Assembly (NCBI GenBank): GCA_051294375.1
Contig: CM119263.1
Coordinates: 12,379,723 to 12,443,722, forward strand
Source of the DNA: Paraspadella gotoi
Taxonomy: Eukaryota > Animalia > Chaetognatha
DNA: 64,000 nt
Direction: 5' to 3'
The stretch's first letter is position 1. The number at the start of each line of letters is the position of its first letter. The notes beneath the pieces were generated by a model. That model was not told the DNA's origin. It worked only from the letters and a program-made list of their open reading frames with translations, and made no database searches. The translations under genes were made by a program, and so were the position numbers. Positions 55,001 through 64,000 of the stretch are shown here, in pieces.

Positions 55001-58000
55001 TCTTTTAATAATAAATTGTTGTTACAAATAATTAAACTGTCTTATAATCTACAAACACAGCAAAACAAAGGATTTATACATAATAAAAAATAATTATACT
55101 TTCTTATATCAACTTTTTGCAAAGAATCCAAATCCGATCTTAAATTTAAAAATTTGCATTTTAAAATTTTAGCTTATTATATACTTATTACTATATATAA
55201 ATATAGCTCACTGGTGCTCACTAATGGATAAAATTAAAAAAAGTATTTTTATTAGTTTTTATTTTTGTTTTATACATGACAATTTTACAAGCGCCAGTTG
55301 AAATACGCTGTCATTTGCAAACCAGTGGTTATTTCATTGATTTTAAAATTTAGTTGAGTAGAAAATACTAAAACTATTTATGTGTTAAAATTTTATATTG
55401 ATCAGTTAAGATATGCCCTGACAATGAGTGGAGAAAGTTGGCTTTTAAAATCGGGTTTCATTTTCCAACTCAGTTTTTAAATTCAATTTTTTTTGGGGGG
55501 GGAACTTTAAGCACTTTTTTAAACAAAGTATTTATAAAAATAAGCCCTTAAAAGTATGAAGAGAATTATATACTTACAAATACTGTAATATAAAATTTAA
55601 CTGGCCCAGCTTTAATTTAATTAGGATATTCAAAAACGAGACATCTTTTTAAAAATCAAGAGCTGGAGAGTAAATTTATGATTTTTATCAAATTGTGATT
55701 GGCTATCTTAAATCTTTTTTTCTCAGGCTCTTTCATGATACTTATATAAATAATAATATTTTTTGTTATAATAATTTAAACTGAAAATAGATTTAAAATT
55801 TTAAATAATTCACTTTTGACACTCTTTATTGAACCAAGGCTGGGCAGCTTACTTTTTATGTTAGAGGTTTCGTAAGTATATCAATCTCTTCATATTTTTA
55901 AGGGCTTTCTGAGGATATTAATATTGTTAATATTTTAATAAATACTTTGTTTAAAAAAGTGCTAAAAGTTTTTTAAAAAAAGAAGACTCGTATGTGAGTT
56001 GAAACATGTCCGTTTCACTAAGAAATAAAAATCGTTGTTAAATCTCTCAAAACTTTGTCTAAATCAAATCACAACAAAACAGCAAGGAAAAAAAAACCCC
56101 AAAACAAAAAAAAAATTAAATTTAAAAACAGTGAGTTGGAAAATGAAACCCAATTTGAAAAGCCAACTTTCTCCACTCATTGTCAAGGCATATCTTAACT
56201 GATCAATATAAAATTTTAACACACAAATAATTTTAGTATTTTCTACTCAACTAATTTTTAAAATCAATGAAATAACCACTGGTTTGCAAATGACAGCATA
56301 TTTAATTTTCTAAAATTGTATTATTTAATTTTTTCTGACTTGCAATTTGTGATCTTAACAGATCATAACAAATTATAACAGACTTCTTAATAAATCTATG
56401 AAAAAATCTATAAATCAATTGATCTATCAATTTAATCAAGTTGCATTATTTGGTCAACTGGTATAATTTGGTCAACTGGTATAATTTGGTCAACCGGCAT
56501 AATTTGGTCAACCGGCATAATTTGGTCAACCGGCATAATTTGGTCAACCGGTTTAATTTGCTCAACTGGTATAATTTTGTCAATCAATGAATCAATCAGA
56601 GAGATTGAGAGAGGGAAACTTTTAATAATTCAAATAATACCCACGCACAAAATTTCATTTCAATCCAATTTTTAATATAGTAATTATGAGTAAAAATACT
56701 TCAAGTAAATATGACTTTTGTTTTTTCCATTTAAACTCATTTCCACTCGCACGATTCCATTGAAACTTTATATCCAGCTCAATCACACACTTTCCTACCC
56801 ACACACAAAATTTCATTCTAATCCATCCATCCAATCACGAGTAATTGGAGTTTAATGAAAAGGTGGGACAGACCTTCAGACAGACATGTGGGATTCGATC
56901 CCTCCTTCTTTGCTTTTCAATAGAAAGACTTAATTTGATAACTAAAATTAGTGTATCAAGATGGATTCGGATTTTTAAAAACGTTTACACAAGTGATCAC
57001 ACATATATATACTTTAATTTAAAAAACACTTTTTAAATTTCAACATGAGAGATCCCGGTCGATTTTAATCTGGCTCCTAATTATGCAAATTAGCTTAAGA
57101 TCGAATTTATCAGATAACGATGACGCTCTTTATTCGCGTAATTTTAAGCGTTTTATTATTGTAATATTATAAATAATTAAATATTAAAGTTTTTAGAATA
57201 TATATTGTATAAATATAAATAGTTTTTAATATTTATACTAATATAAATAAGATGAAATAGTATTTAAACGAGAGCTTGAATGCTTTTTCCTAACAAAATG
57301 AAGAATTCGAACAGATTTTTGCATAAAATATAAATATAACTATTTTGCTTGTTTAAAATCTTTATTACATAAAATAAACTTTTATAAATTGTATAATTCG
57401 ATCGTTTAATTTACCATTATATGTGCTTTAATAAATAGGTAAAAATGAGAAAACTTGATAACTAAGATAAAAATAACCAATAAAAGTAAATATTAAAATA
57501 AATAATAATATTAGTTATCAAAAATATAATTAAACAATATTAATAATAATATAAAATAATAGTATTTTAATTATAATTTTTTTTAAAAACAGGAAATTTT
57601 ACATTTTTAGAGCACAAGCTTAGAAATCAGGGCAATTTTAGTGATTAGTCTAATCTTACTCCATGTACTCTAATAACAGCCTTTTACATTAAACTGATAA
57701 TCATAATAATTGAAAAATATTTTTCTCGTTAACTAAAAAAAAATTAAAAAAAGTCTAAAAGTTAAAAACTAAAAACTGAAAGCTAAAAGTTAATCATTCG
57801 ATAAATTCTCAGTATATACATATAGATAAGTGAAAAGGATCCATTCAGTATCAGAATCAATGATTTAAGTTTATTATGTTTGAATTATCGGTAAGAAAAT
57901 TAAATACAGTCTAATAAACATTACTAAATTTGAATAGTAAATACATATTGGACGATTGGATCATTTTGTATTTGAGGCAACATGAACCGGAACTTATTTT

Positions 58001-61000
58001 TTGCCATTTTATATATAACTGTTTTTATTAATTTGTTTAATTTAATTTATAATTTTGTAACTATTTAAAATAAAAATAGTTTCATTCAAATCAAACAGAG
58101 AATACTTGAGAGGGAAACTTAACTTCCAAGATTTTAAAGAATTGCTTTTGTTTTATAAATTTTTTTAAATCAAAACTCGTATATGTAGATAGTCCAAACA
58201 TGTCAATTAATAATAAAATTAACCAAAACTTGTCTGTAAACATTGATAGATGGCTTTATTAATTCTTCAATCAACAATATTGAAAAAGTCAGTAAACAAA
58301 TAAAATTAATCAAAAAAATATGATAATATTTTAATTGTTAAAAATAAGGATGAAAGCTATGAATTAGTCCGAAAATGTTTATTTTTATGTAAAAACATTA
58401 TGTCTTATTGTTAATCATTAAAAAGTTATTTATTCGTCTCTAAATCAGACAAAATAGACGAAATAATACAATGACTAAAAACTCAAAAAAACCTCCGAGA
58501 TATTTTTTTAAATTGAAAAAAAAAAGGTTGCCTTTGGATGGTCAAACCCTCATACATCCTAAATTATTAGCCTATTAATAGTTATAAAATGAAACTATAG
58601 TACATAGGAAAAAAGCTTTTATAATTATAATATAATAATAGTTTAAGAAGAAGGGGATAAAATTGTAATCAAATCATATCCGTTTAAAGCATTTATGTTT
58701 ATGTATAAACGTTGTCATTGTTAAGAAAATATATATAACGTTGGTCCCCCCCTCAAAAAATTATCCATTCCCACCCCTTTCTGTTCAGCCTCTTAGATAT
58801 TATGATTTTTCATTAATGACTTTCTAACAGAAATGATGTGTGATATCTATTAAAAACTAGGACAGATAGTAATCTAACCTTATGTTGTATAGATGCTCCC
58901 TCTATTTCTAAGAAGACAACACTGACTTTCCCTTCCCAAGTTGAATTATTAGATAAATAAAAATATTAAAATATTAAATAGAAAAATAAAAAATAGTGAA
59001 ACAAGTAATTTGCAATTTTCATAATTCATATTTTAATAAATATTAATATTATATTTATTGTTATATATCATTGGACTATATAAGTTCGGATTTTATATTA
59101 ATTTTTCTTCAAAAATATGTTCAGACTGAATTTCAGTAAAGCAACAAAAAATAGCGATTATTTCTTTACTGTTTTCCTATAAAAACATAAAAAAACTATT
59201 AAAAATTACAACATGCAGCTACTAAAAACTCATAAAATTATTAAGAATTATGAAATTATTAATAAAACATAGAAAATATCATTAATAATACCTATGTTAT
59301 TAAAAAAAACTAAACTCATCGTCTGATTTCACAGGCAAAAGATGCTCTTTTTATGAAAAATTCGCAAAAATCCGCCAGGTTCGCTAGTATCTTTTGTTCT
59401 TTTTGACCGGCTTGAACCGGTCTTTAACATTAAAAAGATACGAAATGACGTATTCGATCTCTCGGGATCTCTCATGTTCGATGCATTAAAGTTAAATATT
59501 TTTATACGAAAATTATTTATTTATACGTCTGATTAAGTGTACGAACGTTTTATGAAACTCGATGTCTGTATATTTCCAACTTTTGGAACTACTAAAATAA
59601 CCATCTCCCGGATTCGATCCCGGGACTCTTCATCCACGAACGGTGGATTAGTGACTAATGCCATTCTGGTAATTGTTAAATAGATATTCCATTTTCCTTT
59701 ATAACCCATTAACAAATAACAAATATGTCAAGACAAAAGAACATTCTGATTTACACATATTTTGCTAGAGCACACTAGCTGTAGTTCATGGTTTCTATTT
59801 GTAAACCTCTCCAATATTATTTCCTAGTGCTTGATAAAGCTTTTATCTACAACCAGATATCTGTCTTCACTGGTCAACGTTTATTATTTATTGCTTATTG
59901 TTATTAATGTTTTCTAATTGATAGTATTACTTTTTATTGCCTTTACTTGTTAACGCATATAGAATATCTATATGCTTCTGATTCATTTATAAGGCTACCC
60001 AAACTCTTTAATGGCGAACAAATTAAGAACTTTGTTCTGAAACATTTTTATTGAACAAAAACCGTTCCAAACAATTCTTGAAACCAACGACGCCGCGAGG
60101 AAGACTCGACGCCGGTTCCATAGTCTCCACGCCCTTGGCGCCGTTTGGAAGAAGTTGGCGAATCCATCGATTCAGACGGACATTTTTTTGCTTAATTTAT
60201 CATAATTCGATGTTCTGACATGATTTAAGTGACTGCCCGACAACCTTTTGGGGTGGGTCCGACGGACCGACAAAGTGAATTATAGAGTCAGAAATTGGGA
60301 TAAGCAGATCCGACTAAAAAAATATTTGAATCGATATGAAAAGATCTTGATGTTGACAAGCTATATCTAGATTTGATTTGTTTGATTATAAGTAATTATT
60401 ACACTATAAGCCAAGGCGGCTTAGCACGAATGAATAATTACATGCCGTCCTTTGTCATAGTTATCACTTATCAGGTCTGGGGTTTCTGGTAACCTGATCG
60501 CCGCCATCAAAAGATCCTTCCCGCTCGGCTAATTGAAGCAGTTCCGTGAATGTGGCGTTGGACGGAGAGAAAACAAAGACACCCGAGTTGAAGCAGTCAG
60601 GCCACCCGATATCTGGGGTGGCCGACAGCTCCTCGCGCTCGAAAAGCTCATCGATGTTGTCTAGCACCAGTGTGTCCGCGTCCATGAAAACGCACTTTGA
60701 ATACTAAACGTTTTTATTATTATTTAATATGTAACATTATTTTAACTAAACTTGAATTTCAATAAATGTACAATTGTACATTGTACAAATGTAAACGGCA
60801 GTGATGCTCGGGGCACAAAGAATCTATGTGCATAGCATTTCGTCTATAACACTTTGCCAGACGAGTGGATAATGGATAATAGCGTAAAACAATTAGGATA
60901 TAGATTATCCTGCCGTCAAATTATATTATTATATTATATATATTATTTTCCCGCATTCTCGTGACTTTACTTCCGGTTAGGATACCTTTTCAGAGCAAGT

Positions 61001-61419
61001 AACACTTGAATGGTGCGTAAGTCTTGAATTACCTGGGTGAGGTTCCAAGCATTGATCTTGGTAAGTGTAACCCCTAATTCTGGACGCTTTGCCAAAGCGA
61101 GGTGAACAAAATCTTCGGTATCCAAAATATTCACGACATGAACCAAATCACATATCCCCTGGTTAATAAAAGGAACTTCCACGTCGTATTACGTATTACT
61201 TAAGCAAAACTTATGTACTATACTTATGTATTTACCATACTACAAAATTATAACTACCTCCAAATTTTTTTTTACGCCCATAGAGACTTCAGGGGTAACA
61301 ATGGCGACTATTTGCCGCGTCGTCTCGTGCTTACGAAGGGAATTCGCCCAGACTAGAGCGGCAACGCCGTATACATCATTAGTTGCAAGGGTTACGAAGG
61401 CTTCCATTTTTCCAGCCAT
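52018..61419 (-). CDS. GYG1: Glycogenin (GT8 family), 335 aa; exons 61419-61258, 61158-61033, 60703-60494, 53608-53458, 52446-52283, 52212-52018
   Basis: [32 protein letters not shown] (DxD), [32 protein letters not shown] (autoglucosylation Tyr), HFLGPLKPW and C-terminal GRDSFDSI. All introns are GT-AG and in phase. Confidence 0.97.
53700..54390. repeat. Minisatellite with 22-bp and 19-bp units in glycogenin intron 3
   Basis: GATAATATAATAGTAATTGATC repeated, switching to a 19-bp unit near 54230. Confidence 0.95.
54961..55003 (+). ncRNA. Minimal hammerhead ribozyme motif
   Basis: CTGATGA-A-GGCTC(AAATTC)GAGCT-GAAA-CATG-TT, followed by AATAAA and an A/C-rich tail. Confidence 0.6.
55275..56302. 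mobile_element. Tc1/mariner-type MITE copy 2
   Basis: Colinear with 9457-10416; right TIR truncated; extra ~120-bp insert at ~55980-56100 with hammerhead remnant GAAGACTC...GAGTTGAAACATGTC. Confidence 0.85.
58731..59023 (+). repeat. Dispersed repeat (copy of 8470-8828)
   Basis: Near-identical to the 8.5-kb copy with small indels. Confidence 0.85.
60170..60322 (+). mobile_element. DINE-1/Helentron-like 3' end
   Basis: GACAAAGTGAATTATAGAGTC...GATAAGCAGATCCGACTAAAAAAA; GCAGATCCGAC is the reverse complement of GTCGGATCTGC in the family 5' end. Confidence 0.75.
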
Positions 61420-62321
61420 GATTTAAGAATACAAGAATGACTAGACTGATTTCAATAAATTTAGGGAAATGAAAGGAAATACAATGCCCAAGACCAACGT
61501 ATGACAAGTAAATAAGCACTATTTGAACCGAGTCGGTTTTTTTATTCGAATATACAGTCCTGTGCAAAAAAATCGCGCCACTTTATTTCAGACTTTAAAA
61601 ATCACCCTATATAATTGATTTTTTAAAAAAAATTTAAAAGTTATTTATTAAGAGTTTATTGAAAGATAATAAGTTTGGCAAAAATTTTATTAACATTGGG
61701 CTATCCGTTTAGGAGCAATAATTTTTTTAAAATGAAATACTCTACCGCAAAGCTGAATGTAAAAAAATCTAACAAATTTAAGATTAATATTTTTTCTTCT
61801 GATATTTTGTACTAGATTAAAAAAAAATTACACTGGACAATTACAATGGTCAGTGGTAGTTAAGGGTAATTAAGGGTTAGTGGTGGTTAGGGGTAGTTAA
61901 GGTTAAGGGTGGTTTTTTAAAAACTATTTGTACTTTTTGTATTATATACCTTATTCACTAAAAAACAAGGTCATTGTTTTCATTAAATAGATCTTTTAAT
62001 TTTTTACCATTATTTTCATCATCATAATCGTTTCTTACCGTTTAATATTTCTATGAACTCCTCCAGTTTAATAATTAAATTCCTACTATTATATTTTTTT
62101 AAGTTCTTGTTATGCCAGTAAATATAAATAAGCCGAGCAAAAGCTATTACAGTAACTACAGATTTTGCTCAAATACATTGTCATTTATAGAGCATATGTA
62201 AAAATTACACAAACTAGGAATGTTAAAATAAGGGGTGGTACTTTACGATTTATAGTACAGCGTTTTGTAATGTTTGTTTCTCCAAGTTAAGTCAAACTTT
62301 TCCGTCAGTTGAATTTGGAAG

Positions 62322-63334
62322 TCACCACTGTAAACGCGAATCTTTAGACTTAAACCACTGAAGTGCGTACAAAAGTCCTAAGGGCTTGTCAACGGCCTCG
62401 TCGTTGGCCATTGCAGCGGTCTCTTCCTTTGTAAGGTGTAACACCTCGATCATCTCCCCCTCTTCTGCTAATCCTCCGCCGGTTCCTTCTCGAAGAGAGT
62501 CCTTGACCTAATTCAATTTGAGGTTATTTTTAAATCAGAAAAAAAAATCTGAAAAGCGTAAGGATCGTCGCAATCGCATAACAAAAATCTGGACCCATGA
62601 CAAACTTTGATACTCAAAAAATCCAATTTGATACAGGAAAACAAAGTTAAATACATGACAAATTTTGTTTAATATATAAAAAATAAAATTAGCTTAGAAG
62701 TATAAAAACAAAGGGAATATCCAATTACAGTTGGACAAACAGACACAAAATTCGATAAGTAAATCGAGAGAGAAACAAGAGAAAAAAAGGAAAAAAAATT
62801 TTTTAATAAAAAACTTTGTGTTCTCTTTAATAAAAAACTAAAAAAAATGAGAGGGAAAGAGGGAAAGAGAGAGAGAGAGATAGAGAGGGAGAGAAATAGA
62901 GAGAAAGACGCGTAACTTTCAGCTTCAGTCGCTGCAAAGCTCAACTCGTTTTTTGACAAATCAGAACAGGCAGCGATTGAGGAAAAAAAAAAGTTTTTTT
63001 CTTATACTAAATCCAAATTAGATAAAACATTTGAAATATAACATTATCGTTTTTAAAGGACATCGATGATGAGAAGCCATATCCAAATTTTCAGCTTCAT
63101 ACAATTGCACTTTTAAAATAAGGCGATCTATAACATCGTCCCAAAATCGTCGCAAGCGCAAGCGATTGCGTCGATAAAACGGGAAAGTTGCGATGTTATA
63201 GAACGTCGCTACCTCGACAAAAAACATAGTTTGAGTGGAAGCCGCTGTTCCTACTCCTTCCTTGAAGCTGATTATCTTGGTGAGATCGGTTTCATTTACC
63301 CTATACCCTGTTTCTTCAAATACTTCAGCGCAAG
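62322..63334 (-). CDS. NUDT14: UDP-glucose pyrophosphatase (Nudix hydrolase 14-like), last two exons 63334-63213 and 62507-62322
   Basis: ACAEVFEETGYRVNETDLTKIISFKEGVGTAASTQTMFFVE|VKDSLREGTGGGLAEEGEMIEVLHL...KPLGLLYALQWF...*: end of a Nudix box plus the GVG..S.QTMF and GGGL.EEGE.IEV motifs I recognise from NUDT14. 5' exons lie beyond the window. Confidence 0.9.
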
Positions 63335-63399
63335 CTGAATACCGAAAAAGGAGAATTTGAGAAAGAAAATTTTAGTGATCAAAACTCGTAAAACTTATA

Positions 63400-63917
63400 G
63401 AGTAGTGCGGGGTAATTCGGAACACTGACAAATAAAATGAAATAAAAAATTAAACAATATTTTTTAAAAAAGTTAAATGGTGCATTGAATTTCTACTTAA
63501 AAATAATTTTCTGGATTGTCCTGACCGTATTTGGAATGCGGAATGTCACTTATGAATTTTTGATTTTAAATCATTTCTACTTGCACAATTCCATCGAAAA
63601 ATTATATCCCCCTCAATCATACACTTTCCTCCCACAAACAAAATTTCATCTCAATTTTATCAATCCAATCACGAGTAATTAGTTTAATGCTTAGGTGGGA
63701 CGGACAGACAAAGAAAGACGGATGGACGAATATAGTTTTTTGTGCTTAATTTATCATAATTTGATGTTCTGAGATGATTTAACCGACAAGGTTTTGGGGT
63801 GTGACCGAAAAATCGACAAAGTCGATAATAGATTAAAAATTAAAAATCACCGACCGGGAAGATCCGAAACGGTGAATATTCAATTTTATCAGCGTTCCGA
63901 ATTACCACGCACTAGCC
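63400..63917. mobile_element. MITE with ~30-bp TIRs and TA flanks, containing a DINE-1-like fragment
   Basis: TA|GAGTAGTGCGGGGTAATTCGGAACACTGA ... TCAGCGTTCCGAATTACCACGCACTAGCC|TA; internal 63560-63840 matches the DINE-1-like family. Confidence 0.8.
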
Positions 63918-64000
63918 TAAATCAAATCTACAAATATTTTCAAATTTATCATCATTACATTATTACAACTAATTACCAACTCGCCTATCCGTTCCGGAGT

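Larger units (their letters stand above)
54746..56325 (+). mobile_element. hAT-type MITE copy C (nested)
   Basis: Starts TAGGGTGAAGTGAAAGTTTG, matching 32246; carries a hammerhead insert (~54955-55085) and the Tc1-type MITE. Confidence 0.75.
54696..56890 (+). mobile_element. DINE-1/Helentron-like element interrupted by nested MITEs
   Basis: 5' AAAACAAGTTTGAGCAAACAATGTCGGATCTGCC, resuming at ~56330; 18-bp array at 56445-56580; core repeat to ~56890. Confidence 0.75.

Noticed and set aside
63018-63227. 69-aa ORF MFFVEVATF...
   Set aside because: Only MFFVE is coding (end of the NUDT14 exon); the rest is intron read-through.

Overview
AT-rich, intron-containing animal genomic DNA; no prokaryotic features, rRNA, tRNA genes or CRISPR arrays were seen. 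Four spliced protein genes were assembled by hand from GT-AG sites and reading phase. (1) A + strand gene of unknown function with two internally repeated domains (~845-25189, 5' end probably outside the window). (2) A + strand gene ending in a transmembrane helix plus a KASH-type RYPEGPPPT* tail (firm part 48229-51295, possibly starting at 40982). (3) A complete six-exon glycogenin on the - strand (61419-52018). (4) The last two exons of a NUDT14-like UDP-glucose pyrophosphatase, about 0.9 kb upstream of glycogenin on the same strand. Non-coding DNA is dense in mobile elements: Penelope-like retroelement fragments with a GIY-YIG remnant, about ten dispersed minimal hammerhead-ribozyme motifs, hAT- and Tc1/mariner-type MITEs, DINE-1/Helentron-like elements, and an unusual GC-rich 2.7-kb element with A..BA..B repeats whose junction folds into a long hairpin. 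All coordinates were read by eye and no database searches were run.
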